Origin: Parcubacteria group bacterium | GTDB taxonomy: Bacteria > Patescibacteriota > Minisyncoccia > Phycocordibacterales > Zambryskibacteraceae | Length of the DNA: 64,000 bases | Reading direction: 5' to 3' | Assembly: GCA_028286565.1 (NCBI GenBank) | Contig: JAQBRH010000002.1 | Location: 81,876 to 145,875, forward strand | Shown here: in pieces, positions 9,317 to 18,461 of the stretch | Layout: each line of letters begins with the position of its first letter | How positions within the stretch are numbered: the stretch's first letter is position 1 | Translations under genes and position numbers: made by a program | Notes under the pieces: generated by a model | Told to the model about the DNA's origin: nothing | Database searches by the model: none | Seen by the model: the letters and a program-made list of their open reading frames with translations, nothing else

Positions 9317-9345
9317 TTGACCAAAAACGGATTTCGGGTTATTAT
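9317..9345 (+). promoter_or_regulatory. Sigma70 promoter of orphan 9391..9891
   Basis: TTGACC-17 nt-TATTAT. Confidence 0.7.
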
Positions 9346-9390
9346 AGATCCAGAACGCAAAGCACCTTCAACCCTACTTCGTAAGAGGAA

Positions 9391-9891
9391 ATGACAGAAC
9401 CGTTTTTCCAACCCCGTACGGCAGTGTTCATCTCGACCCCCATGGTCCGCGGTCTTCTCGGGAAGCCGAGCGCCGTTATCGGCACTCAGATCTTGAAGGG
9501 GATGGTGGGCGATGTGGAGAACGGAAACGTGGCCTATGTCTCCGGTGGAGAGATCAATGGATCTCACACCCTGGCTGACATGGAGCGCATCCTCGGAGCC
9601 GACTTCGACTTCGACGACATGGATATGATCGTCGTCTACGTTCCCCGGGAGTTCGAGAAAGTTGTTTCTCAATTTGCCCGTGCTGGGATCCCGCCTGAGA
9701 AGATGTTGTACGCAGCATGCTGCAAGGTCGAGGAGGCTCAGGAGATCATCAATGCTATCCACCCCGGTGTCTCCATCGCCACGATGAAGTGCGGATCAGA
9801 TGAGGCCTTCGGCCGCATCATCAGCCGCTTTCTCCAAAGCGGTATCCCTCACGTCCATCACGCTTCTGTCCTTTCCTTGACGCTCACTTGA
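9391..9891 (+). CDS. Hypothetical protein (orphan cassette)
   Basis: 166 aa with promoter, GAGG upstream and terminator. Confidence 0.75.
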   Translation: MTEPFFQPRTAVFISTPMVRGLLGKPSAVIGTQILKGMVGDVENGNVAYVSGGEINGSHTLADMERILGADFDFDDMDMIVVYVPREFEKVVSQFARAGIPPEKMLYAACCKVEEAQEIINAIHPGVSIATMKCGSDEAFGRIISRFLQSGIPHVHHASVLSLTLT

Positions 9892-9899
9892 GCGCCGCC

Positions 9900-9933
9900 G
9901 CCCGAACGCACTCTGTGCGCGTCGGGCTTTTTT
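9900..9933 (+). terminator. Intrinsic terminator
   Basis: GCCCGA-ACGCAC...GTGCGCG-TCGGGC followed by a T-run. Confidence 0.75.
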
Positions 9934-9997
9934 CTTATAAAAATACCCGATCTTTCGAAAGGATAGTTAGCAGCTTCATGCTGTGCTCCGGTTGCGG

Positions 9998-10495
9998 TCA
10001 GTCACGGCTGAACGGCTTTTTGCCAGACTCTCGATAGTATTCGTTGAGATACGCATCGTGGCACTTGTAACCGTACGGGCGTTCACGCAAGTTCTTGTGG
10101 CTGGTGACGAAGTCAAGCTCGACCAAATGCTTCACTAGCTCCCTTACCTCATCGGTATGCTTGTGAGGCAAGAGGACTGATACGAATTCAGCGTATCCGT
10201 TGGTATTGTGATCGAGCACGGTGTAGAGCTGGAATTGCGCCCCATTGAACAGTCGGTATGAATCTAGCTGAGCAATCTCTTCTGAAAGATCGCCGCTACC
10301 GCCACCGCTGCGATGCCACTCGGAGAAGACCTTGTGAAATTTCTTCTCCACGTAGGTGCGCACTTTTCCAATGATGCCCTTATCCGACTTTCCAGCACAT
10401 ACGTACAAAGCACTGGGCAGATCGGCCGGATCAGGCAATGCGGGGCCATCCACTTCCACTTCGGGGTTCGCACTGGTAGTGTTTGTCATATACAC
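9998..10495 (-). CDS. Hypothetical protein (orphan)
   Basis: 165 aa ORF with globular-protein composition filling the gap. Confidence 0.65.
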   Translation of the reverse strand: MYMTNTTSANPEVEVDGPALPDPADLPSALYVCAGKSDKGIIGKVRTYVEKKFHKVFSEWHRSGGGSGDLSEEIAQLDSYRLFNGAQFQLYTVLDHNTNGYAEFVSVLLPHKHTDEVRELVKHLVELDFVTSHKNLRERPYGYKCHDAYLNEYYRESGKKPFSRD

Positions 10496-10593
10496 ACTCG
10501 AGTGAAGGGTTCAAATCTGCCATGACTTTACTCCTTTGACGCTTTTTGTAAAGCAATAGTCCAAAACGCTCACTATAAATAAAAATCCGCGCA

Positions 10594-11013
10594 TCAGTCA
10601 TATGATTGCGCGGCCGCCCACTTTGCGTGGTCTCGATAATACATCGACCGATGTCCGTCCTCAACTTTCATGCTGCTGTACGTCGAGTCCGAGGATTCGC
10701 TAAGGAGCTCGAAGGTCTTCCCGTCATCCGGGGTAAATCCCACTACTCGCTTAATGTGGAATCCCATCGGGAACGATGGTGCCGGGCGCCGAGGATTGTC
10801 ATTTCCGAAATGCCGAGACGAGGGCCGTATATCGTCGTCGAGAAGCTCCTTTCCCAGATTCATCTCCGTCGCGTGGGTCCTGGCTTCTTCCGGAGTGGGG
10901 AAGTAGCCATACAGATTCGTCCTTTGGTGCGCCTCATGTTGCGATCCTCCAGGATCGACCCAATAGTATGTAAGCTGGTGCATCGAAATCTTTTCGTGCG
11001 TCTTCTCGCCCAT
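10594..11013 (-). CDS. Hypothetical protein (orphan)
   Basis: About 140 aa ORF followed by a hairpin and U-tract; start at ATG 11013 or GTG 11022. Confidence 0.6.
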   Translation of the reverse strand: MGEKTHEKISMHQLTYYWVDPGGSQHEAHQRTNLYGYFPTPEEARTHATEMNLGKELLDDDIRPSSRHFGNDNPRRPAPSFPMGFHIKRVVGFTPDDGKTFELLSESSDSTYSSMKVEDGHRSMYYRDHAKWAAAQSYD

Positions 11014-11027
11014 GATCGTCACCGAAA

Positions 11028-11193
11028 GAGGGAATGTCTAAACCCATCCTACCCGAGCTTTTCCTTAAGGGGAAGTGGTTCCCCCAGGATAGAAGTACGT
11101 CGCACAATGTATCTTTAGAGCACTGTATAGGGAGACCACTTCCCTCTACACATAGATTTTTTTGAGCTCCGGACCGGTCTTGGTTGATCCCTC
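11028..11193 (-). ncRNA. Candidate structured ncRNA with 6S-RNA-like rod and central bubble
   Basis: Nested complementary segments GAGGGA/TCCCTC, CCGGAGCT/AGCTCGG, GGGAAGTGGT/ACCACTTCCC, ACAGTG/CATTGT; 166 nt, non-coding. Confidence 0.4.
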
Positions 11194-11223
11194 ACTATCT
11201 TCTCCGCGTCTATAAAAACTTTC

Positions 11224-12480
11224 TCAACTCACTTCCCCCATGAACGGGATGTTGAATCTTTTTCTAAAATGCTTGAGTGCGTTCGGATTTCGATTTTGAC
11301 CACTTCCCCGGAGATTTTTAAATTTTCCCGATTGGAGACTTGATCCGAGGATTATGGTGTTCGAACCATACCTCCGGTCGACCTTGTCTGCGGCCTTAAA
11401 GACCTCTGACCACTTGTCAACCCGCGTAGAGGCTCCAAAGAGGTCGGTTTGGACGTGGGCATCGTCCACAAGGCCGGCCAGGGTCACTCCGGTCGCTCGA
11501 TATGGGATCCCGGACACGAACACCTCGTCAAAGGTGCGAATTATTTCTTTCAATATATCGTTCGGATTCGACAATGGATTCACGAGCACAATTTCTTTGC
11601 GCCGATATCTGAATTCCTGCGTTTTTATAAAATAATAAATTCTTTTTGCGCTGACATTTTGTGCGCGAGCTTTCTGGCACGCACCTTCGACGTTTTTCGA
11701 AAGTTCTTCGAGGAGGCGTTTCTTGTCTGTGATCGGCGGAGTGAACGTTCTCGTTTGCTGGATGCTCGATTGCGTCTCATTGTGCGCACCCGGATTGACC
11801 TTGTGCATCGCCTCGCCTCGGAGTTCGTGCCAGATCTCGAGGATCGGCCGGGCGAAGTTTGCTTTGATCCATTCTTCGGGTCGTTCGATGAATTGGAGGG
11901 CGGTCTCTATGCCTCTCGATCGGATATCTCGCGTTGTCTCGGGCCCGATGCCCCAGACCTTGCCTATGGGCAGGTCGCGCAAAAAGGCCTTGATATCCTG
12001 CGGCTCTATCACGGTCAGGCCGTCCGGTTTTTGCCACTTTGAGGCCACTTTCGCGAGTACCTTTGTAGGGCCTACACCGAAGGAAAAAGTCATCCCAAGC
12101 TCGGATTGCAAGGTAGCCTTCAGGGCCTCGACCTGGGGCAAAATAGGCCCTTCCAGGCCCGTTAGGTCAGCAAAGCACTCGTCTATGGAGTACTCCTCTA
12201 CCAGAGGGGTATAACGTCGCACAATATTGTACATCCTATGGGCGAATATCCCGTAGTTATGATAATCGGATCGGACGATGACGACCTCGGGGAAAGCTTT
12301 CTTGATCTGGAAAACCGGCATCCCGCGGGATACTCCCAAGGCCTTCGCTTCCTTGCTCATGGCCGTGGCTATCCCCCTCTCCTCCCCTGTCACCACGGGT
12401 CTGCCTTTGAGGGACGGGTCGAGGCTCGCTTCAACGGAGGCGAAAAAAGAATCTCCGTCAACGTGCAAAATATGCTTCAT
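11224..12480 (-). CDS. dinB: Y-family DNA polymerase (Pol IV/UmuC-like)
   Basis: HVDGDSFFASVE, YSIDE, LAKVASKWQKPDG, VWGIG; C-terminal QTDLF clamp motif. Confidence 0.9.
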   Translation of the reverse strand: MKHILHVDGDSFFASVEASLDPSLKGRPVVTGEERGIATAMSKEAKALGVSRGMPVFQIKKAFPEVVIVRSDYHNYGIFAHRMYNIVRRYTPLVEEYSIDECFADLTGLEGPILPQVEALKATLQSELGMTFSFGVGPTKVLAKVASKWQKPDGLTVIEPQDIKAFLRDLPIGKVWGIGPETTRDIRSRGIETALQFIERPEEWIKANFARPILEIWHELRGEAMHKVNPGAHNETQSSIQQTRTFTPPITDKKRLLEELSKNVEGACQKARAQNVSAKRIYYFIKTQEFRYRRKEIVLVNPLSNPNDILKEIIRTFDEVFVSGIPYRATGVTLAGLVDDAHVQTDLFGASTRVDKWSEVFKAADKVDRRYGSNTIILGSSLQSGKFKNLRGSGQNRNPNALKHFRKRFNIPFMGEVS

Positions 12481-12501
12481 TCATAGAGTATATCACCAAG
12501 A

Positions 12502-12517
12502 GTGAACGCAGGTTCAC
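12502..12517. promoter_or_regulatory. LexA-type operator (GAAC-N4-GTTC) over the dinB promoter
   Basis: GTGAAC-gcag-GTTCAC palindrome just upstream of TGaTATACT-6 nt-ATG. Confidence 0.7.
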
Positions 12518-12536
12518 CAAAAGAAAAAACGCTCCG

Positions 12537-12872
12537 TTAGGAGCGAGGATATATCTGATCGCGGATCTCTTCGAGGTCACGGATGACAACATCAAAGATC
12601 CTTTGGAAGCGCGGACACTTGAAGCCGCCCTTGTCTACCATCCCCATGAACATATCAAGAGGGCGAACATCAAAGAGCTTCCCAAGCTTGTATACCCGGG
12701 CTTCGATGTAAAGAGGTCGATAGATCACGTAGTAGATCGGTGCCTCTCCTTCTGCTGTTTCGGTGTACATCCCCACTCCCAGCACCTCATAGGCATAGTT
12801 GTTCACGGAGCCCTGAAGGTCATGCTTGTAGTGGTAGTAGAAGCCGGGCTCTGGCATCGGCGAGAGACTCAT
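12537..12872 (-). CDS. DUF1653-like protein
   Basis: PGFYYHYK...YEVLGVG..TET...VIYRPLY...VRPLDMF...RF pattern; start uncertain (12872 or 12857). Confidence 0.75.
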   Translation of the reverse strand: MSLSPMPEPGFYYHYKHDLQGSVNNYAYEVLGVGMYTETAEGEAPIYYVIYRPLYIEARVYKLGKLFDVRPLDMFMGMVDKGGFKCPRFQRIFDVVIRDLEEIRDQIYPRS

Positions 12873-12894
12873 TTCATCTGGCATACAGAAGGGG

Positions 12895-13311
12895 TTAGGG
12901 TCTGGAAACCACCATACCAAGCTTTCGTATGACTTCAAAATGCTCTTTCGATACGGGCTGAACGGAGAGACGACTCCCCTGCTGGGTGACCATCATGCCG
13001 TCGAGCTTCGGGTTTATTTTAATAACCGGAAGAGTCAGTGGATTTTCAAATTTCTCGACGAAGCCGACGTCGACGGCGGACCACAGCGGTTCTTTCTCCG
13101 CATACGGAGCCTTCACAACTTTGGCTACCCCGGCCGCGCTCGGAGGGTTCGCACTCGAATGATAATAGATAATGAGGTCTCCCACCTTCATCTCCCGGAT
13201 AAAATTCCTAGCCTGATAATTCCTCACGCCGGTCCAGGCGGTCTTCTTGTCCCTCTTAAGGTCGTCGATCGAATAGCAATCCGGTTCGGATTTGATCAGC
13301 CAGTATTTCAT
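12895..13311 (-). CDS. EVE domain protein
   Basis: MKYWLIKSEP...WTGVRNYQARN...YYHS...RLSVQPV. Confidence 0.93.
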   Translation of the reverse strand: MKYWLIKSEPDCYSIDDLKRDKKTAWTGVRNYQARNFIREMKVGDLIIYYHSSANPPSAAGVAKVVKAPYAEKEPLWSAVDVGFVEKFENPLTLPVIKINPKLDGMMVTQQGSRLSVQPVSKEHFEVIRKLGMVVSRP

Positions 13312-13377
13312 CCGCGTATTGTAGCAAACCCTTCAACTTTGTTCAGAGCAAATAAAAAGCCCTGGGGTGAGCCGGAG

Positions 13378-13662
13378 CTATTGAATGAGACAGAACTCGT
13401 CAAGATGAAGGATCTTGGTCACTCCGCCTCTCGAGGCATAGTAGAGGGTGTTTGTTTCGCTTACCCGAACCCTCTTGATGGTAGCCACTTTGCCTTTCCA
13501 ATCGCAGATACACCAGCGCGATGAAGGAATGTGACTGTGGCTCGAGCCGCATAAGAAAGTGACCAATACATCGAGGTTGATGATGTCCTTGGCCGACGGA
13601 TCCTGAGACGGAAATACTTCCTGCAACAAGCCGAACTCATGGAGCATATTCATGTTCGTCAT
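13378..13662 (-). CDS. Hypothetical protein (orphan cassette)
   Basis: GGAGG SD, TTGCTT..TAGGCT promoter-like sequence, hairpin plus U-tract at the end. Confidence 0.6.
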   Translation of the reverse strand: MTNMNMLHEFGLLQEVFPSQDPSAKDIINLDVLVTFLCGSSHSHIPSSRWCICDWKGKVATIKRVRVSETNTLYYASRGGVTKILHLDEFCLIQ

Positions 13663-13730
13663 GGTATACCTCCGGTTCGGGGACGTTCTAAATCAAGCCT
13701 ACCACTCGAGCTTTAAAAAGCAACGTAGAT

Positions 13731-14360
13731 TTAATAGAAGAGAATGCGGTTCGAGATGTTCTGAAGGTCAGAGGCGCTGCCTTGGACAGAATAGATATAC
13801 GTGAAGTTCTCACCGAGGTAGTTGCCCTCGCCGAAGCTATTTGTCTGGCCGAGAGTTTCTTGGATGCGGATATTGTTCCACTGCTCTTTGGTGAAGACGT
13901 TCACCGTGAGTGTCTGTCCTCCGGGGCCTGCAAAATGGATGGAGGCCGTATCAGGAATTCCGGCGTAGACATCCGCGCCGACCGAAGGAACGTTGGACCA
14001 GCCGGCCGGAAGGGGTACGGTCAATCCGTATGCAGAATTATGATATGTGGATCCGCCCGGGAAAGGGCTTACTGCCCGATTCACGACTTTGGTGGTGGCC
14101 GGCTGGTAGACTTGCCGGGTTTCTCCGGTGGGCACTTCAACAGTGGTATACACAACACTCGGTTCGGCTGCAGGCTCGTTCGTTGAATATTGAGGCAGGC
14201 CAGAGATAATGTTCGCCGGTTGGGATCCTCCGGGGTAATCGGATCTATAGAGCGCTCCTCCGAGGATAACGAACAATACGAGGATGCCAAGGGCGATCCC
14301 GGCAGTCGAGGCGGACCCCTTTTCAAGGGTATGTGTCATGGTGTTTTTGGTGGTCTTCAT
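13731..14360 (-). CDS. Single-pass membrane/surface protein with PsbP-like motif
   Basis: N-terminal TM, Pro/Thr linker, TYHNSAYGLTVPLPAGW. Confidence 0.7.
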   Translation of the reverse strand: MKTTKNTMTHTLEKGSASTAGIALGILVLFVILGGALYRSDYPGGSQPANIISGLPQYSTNEPAAEPSVVYTTVEVPTGETRQVYQPATTKVVNRAVSPFPGGSTYHNSAYGLTVPLPAGWSNVPSVGADVYAGIPDTASIHFAGPGGQTLTVNVFTKEQWNNIRIQETLGQTNSFGEGNYLGENFTYIYSVQGSASDLQNISNRILFY

Positions 14361-14534
14361 ATGTCTATAGACGTTCCTAATCAAGCAAACTTTCCCACCA
14401 TTTGTAGGTAAATTGCATAAACAGGTACGCGCTGCCGTAGATCGGCAGGAGGAGGAAGAACAGCACTTTCTTCAAAGGTTTCGGCATTAGGGCCGAATTC
14501 TACCTAAGGCAGCCCCTACAATCAAGGCGCAAAT

Positions 14535-14822
14535 CTAATAGGAAGGGGTGGAGGCGTTGTGCTGGCCCCACGAGATGAAAGCTTGGAAGGTGCTCCAGAC
14601 AAGCGAGAGGACGGGCCACAATATCCGCTCCCAGATGAAGATGACCGGCGCGGAGATGTAGTGCCAGACGGTGTAGATCACTTGGTGAGTATACGAAACC
14701 GTTTGCTGTCCTTGCGGAGAAGCGGCGGCATCAAACACGGACCAATTTAAAAAATATTTCAAAAGTGCGAGAGCGATGATGATCAAGATGATCATGCCGA
14801 TAAACCCTTCTTCTTTTTTCAT
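14535..14822 (-). CDS. Small membrane protein with pilin-like N-terminus
   Basis: MKKEEG|FIGMIILIIIALALL; TACGAT 6 nt upstream of ATG. Confidence 0.7.
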   Translation of the reverse strand: MKKEEGFIGMIILIIIALALLKYFLNWSVFDAAASPQGQQTVSYTHQVIYTVWHYISAPVIFIWERILWPVLSLVWSTFQAFISWGQHNASTPSY

Positions 14823-14834
14823 TCTTTAATCGTA

Positions 14835-16124
14835 TTAGAGTGCGGGTAGATACGCAAGAGGATCGAGGTAGCCGTTCGGAGGAGCGATGGGGATCGACGT
14901 GCCTTTGCAGCCGATCGAGGTCGTGTACACTTGGATCTTCACGGCTTGGGTCGCATAGAGTCCGAGGTGGAGGTGAGGGCCGGTCGAATATCCGGATCCG
15001 TTCACCCCGGGCTGTCCGCCCGAATATCCGATGACCTGTCCGCGGGCGATCGTCTGGCCTGTTTGAACGACCGAAGCGGAGAGATGCCCGTAGATGGTCG
15101 AAAGACCGTCGTCGTGTTCGATGAGGATCCAGCGTCCGTACGAATAGCATCCGGGAGCGCTGTCGGTGTTGCCTGTGCCCTTTACTACTCCTTGCCGGAC
15201 GGACATGACAGCCGTGCCGACCGGCATGCCGAAGTCGACTCCGTTGTGCGTGCCCGATGCGTAGAGGCGGCCGGATGAAGAAGTTTTCCCGAACTGCTGG
15301 GTGATCTTCACTTTCGAGATCGGCCAGGAGAGGATGGAATTCGCTGCGATGGGGATCGAGGCCGGATCAAGGGCCACCTTCAGTTGATTTTCATAGTTGA
15401 AGAGATCGGCTTCGAATTTTGCTTCTCGTACTTTGTTATCCGCGATGAGCTTTTGATAGGCGGCTTCTTTGGATTTGGTTTCCGCGAGGAGCTTATTCTT
15501 GGCCGCTTGGGTCTGCTCGACCACCTGCTTCTGTCCGCCGAGCTGGCTTTTCAGTCCGACCAGGTCTTCTTTGTTCTTTTCTTTGAGGGCTTTTTCCTGA
15601 TCGAGTGCCGCCTGAGCGTCCTTTAAGGCGTTAATTTCTCCCGAAAGCGTATTTTGGAGCTGTTCGAGCGAACCCTGATCGCTCCACACCTCAGAGATCA
15701 TCGGATACGTCAGGAGATCCGTGACGATGTTGTGCGCGTCGTACGCCGAGAGCTGCTTGAGGGCGGTCTTGATCGCTTCATGGTGAAGATCGATCTGGTG
15801 TTCCTTTTCCAGCATCGAATCCTCGAGCGACCGGATGTTAAGGTCGGTCGAGGTGATCTTGTTCTGTGTGAGCTTGATGTCCGTGGCGAGCTTTTTCTTG
15901 GTGGCGTCGAGTGACTTCACCGCCCCTTGGAGGGTTTTATCTTGGGAGTTCAATTTGTCGAGTTCGGCCTGGAGCTTTATTTGTTCGGCCTGGAGCGCCG
16001 TCCGCTGGGTTTGGGCGTCGAGGATCTTCTGGCGGAGTTCGTCTTCGACTGCGGCCTGGCCTGCATGAGGAAAGAGGAAGCCAAGGAGCACGAACATAAT
16101 TACTAGAACGGCGTATTTCTTCAT
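14835..16124 (-). CDS. M23 peptidase with coiled coil (EnvC/PcsB-like)
   Basis: Signal peptide, long coiled coil, HNGVD and STGPHLH motifs. Confidence 0.92.
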   Translation of the reverse strand: MKKYAVLVIMFVLLGFLFPHAGQAAVEDELRQKILDAQTQRTALQAEQIKLQAELDKLNSQDKTLQGAVKSLDATKKKLATDIKLTQNKITSTDLNIRSLEDSMLEKEHQIDLHHEAIKTALKQLSAYDAHNIVTDLLTYPMISEVWSDQGSLEQLQNTLSGEINALKDAQAALDQEKALKEKNKEDLVGLKSQLGGQKQVVEQTQAAKNKLLAETKSKEAAYQKLIADNKVREAKFEADLFNYENQLKVALDPASIPIAANSILSWPISKVKITQQFGKTSSSGRLYASGTHNGVDFGMPVGTAVMSVRQGVVKGTGNTDSAPGCYSYGRWILIEHDDGLSTIYGHLSASVVQTGQTIARGQVIGYSGGQPGVNGSGYSTGPHLHLGLYATQAVKIQVYTTSIGCKGTSIPIAPPNGYLDPLAYLPAL

Positions 16125-16125
16125 A

Positions 16126-17325
16126 TTAGAGGAGTTGATCTATGGCCTTCTCAATCCTCTTTTTTGATTCGTCGACGCCGAGGATCTCGATCAGTGTAAA
16201 CGGGTCAGGAGACTTATCCTTGCCCGAGAGGGCGTAGCGGATAGGCCAGAGGACATTCCCCTTCCCCGCCTCTTCCGCGAATTTCATCAGCGCATCCTTG
16301 TCGCCGATGAGCGGAAGCGATTTCTCTAAATTTGTTCTGGCCTCAACTTTCGTCGAAGTTTTCCAGGCGATCTTTTCAAGATCAAGTTCCGGCGCCGTTT
16401 TAATATATTCCTCTTCGCCTATCTCCTTGGCTCGGATGGCCGCCTGCTCATCTTCAGGCAAAAGTTTGATATGCTCTTTGTTGAACCATTTTAATTTCTC
16501 GATGTTAAAGACCGCCGCGCCTTTTTGGACACGGTCGATATCGAACGCTTCGACCAATTCCGGCAATGTAAATATTTCTTTCTCCGTGCCGGGGTTCCAT
16601 CCCATAAAGGCAAAAAAATTCAGGAGCGCACCGGGCAGATAGCCTTCATCCTTGTACGTATCCACCCACACCATTGCTCCGTGTTTCCTTTTTGAAAGTT
16701 TTTTGTGGTCCGCATCCACGATGAGCGGGAGATGGGCATATATCGGCCGTTCCGCCCCTATGGCTTCTTGGATCAAAATTTGTCGAGGCGTATTTGAAAT
16801 ATGGTCCTCTCCTCGGATAACATGCGTGATCTTCATTTCGTGGTCGTCGACGACAACCGCCAGGTGATACAAAGGATCATCCACGGATCGAGCGATGATA
16901 AAATCCTCAAGTTCGGTTGTGTCGAACTCCACAGTTCCTCTGATGAGGTCCTCGAATACAACTTTTTTGTTCGGATTCTTAAATCGAATGACTTTTTTAT
17001 CAGGATTGAGCTCGCTTGCTTCGGCTACATAGGCGGTACCGTTGTCGAGCATTTTCTTCACATACGATACATAGATATCCGTACGTTCTGATGACAGATA
17101 CACTTCATCGTTCTCAATGCCAAGCCACATGAGTCCGTCCAGGATATTTTTTTCAAATTCTTTCGTGGAGCGAGTTTTATCCGTATCCTCAAATCTCAGA
17201 ATATACTTGCCTCCATGACGGCGCGCGAAAAGATAGTTAAATAAAGCCGTACGGGCTGTGCCGATATGAAGGTTCCCTGTCGGCGAAGGAGCCATGCGCA
17301 CGATGACGTTCTGTAGGTCTTTCAT
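16126..17325 (-). CDS. gltX: Glutamate--tRNA ligase (compact form)
   Basis: RMAPSPTGNLHIG, VIRGEDH, KLSKR. Confidence 0.93.
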   Translation of the reverse strand: MKDLQNVIVRMAPSPTGNLHIGTARTALFNYLFARRHGGKYILRFEDTDKTRSTKEFEKNILDGLMWLGIENDEVYLSSERTDIYVSYVKKMLDNGTAYVAEASELNPDKKVIRFKNPNKKVVFEDLIRGTVEFDTTELEDFIIARSVDDPLYHLAVVVDDHEMKITHVIRGEDHISNTPRQILIQEAIGAERPIYAHLPLIVDADHKKLSKRKHGAMVWVDTYKDEGYLPGALLNFFAFMGWNPGTEKEIFTLPELVEAFDIDRVQKGAAVFNIEKLKWFNKEHIKLLPEDEQAAIRAKEIGEEEYIKTAPELDLEKIAWKTSTKVEARTNLEKSLPLIGDKDALMKFAEEAGKGNVLWPIRYALSGKDKSPDPFTLIEILGVDESKKRIEKAIDQLL

Positions 17326-17330
17326 AAGTA

Positions 17331-18461
17331 TTATCCGATCTCGTGATCAAGGGCGATCTTTAAAATTTCTTCCGCCACTTCGCGGGCGGCGTGAGGCTTG
17401 TAGAAAGCTCGAGCTGCTCCTCGCATGGCGCTTGCGACGGCGTCGTTTGTCACCAGCCTTTCAATTTCACCGGCCAAGATATGCGCGGTCAGGTTCTTTT
17501 CCTCGATGACCGAGCAAGCTCCGGCTCGCGCATAGGCAAAGGCGTTCGCGTGCTGGTCATGGCTGATGGATTCAGGTATGGGAATGATGATCGAAGGCAC
17601 GCCCCAGGCAGCTATCTCGAAGATGGTCGAGCCGGCTCGAGAGACGACCACCGAAGCAAGTCCCGCACTCATGCGCATAGCCAGAGGGTTCAGATAATCA
17701 AAGGCCTTGTATCGGTCGCCGTGGGTGGAGTTGACGAGTACCGCCTGGCTCGTCGATCGGGCTTCGATGAGATTCTTCGGACCGACTTGATGGATGATCG
17801 CATACTTCTCGACAAGGCGGGCCAGGTCTTCAAGGACGACGTCGTTGATCCTCTCCGCTCCCTGCGATCCGCCGAGGATGAGGATGACGGGGATATCCTT
17901 CTCAAGCTTGAGGAATTCCCTTGCGCCTTCTTGGATCGGCTCGGCGATGTCTTCGCGGACGGGATTCCCGGTGTGGGCGACCCGATCGGCGGGGAAAAAG
18001 TGCGCCGCTTCCGGATATGAGACGGCGATCTTTTTGGCGAACTTTCCGGCCCAGGCGTTCACTTTGCCCGGGCTCGTGTCCGATTCATGGATGACGACGG
18101 GGATGCGGAGGAGCTTGGCTGCGACGAGGACCGGGAAGCTCGCATATCCTCCCTTGCCGAAGACTACGTCCGGATACAGCTTATAGACCTTCCAGAGCGA
18201 CGTGAGGACCCCCCATCCGGTCTTGAAGAGGTCAAAAAAGTTGAGGACGGAGAAATATCTGCGCAGTTTCCCGGCCGAGGTTGAGATGTATTGGATATTG
18301 TTCTCGAAGAGGAGGCTCGAGTTGTACGGCGTCGGAGACATGTAGTAGAGCTCGGGCGCGAGAAGCCGCTTCTCCTTTACGAGTTCGCCGAGTGCTTTGG
18401 CAATGGCGATGATCGGATAGAAATGTCCTCCAGTGCCTCCTCCGGTAAAAAGAATTCTCAT
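17331..18461 (-). CDS. murG: Lipid II GlcNAc transferase MurG
   Basis: GGGTGGH, KGGY, GNPVR, GGSQGA, SRAG. Confidence 0.96.
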   Translation of the reverse strand: MRILFTGGGTGGHFYPIIAIAKALGELVKEKRLLAPELYYMSPTPYNSSLLFENNIQYISTSAGKLRRYFSVLNFFDLFKTGWGVLTSLWKVYKLYPDVVFGKGGYASFPVLVAAKLLRIPVVIHESDTSPGKVNAWAGKFAKKIAVSYPEAAHFFPADRVAHTGNPVREDIAEPIQEGAREFLKLEKDIPVILILGGSQGAERINDVVLEDLARLVEKYAIIHQVGPKNLIEARSTSQAVLVNSTHGDRYKAFDYLNPLAMRMSAGLASVVVSRAGSTIFEIAAWGVPSIIIPIPESISHDQHANAFAYARAGACSVIEEKNLTAHILAGEIERLVTNDAVASAMRGAARAFYKPHAAREVAEEILKIALDHEIG

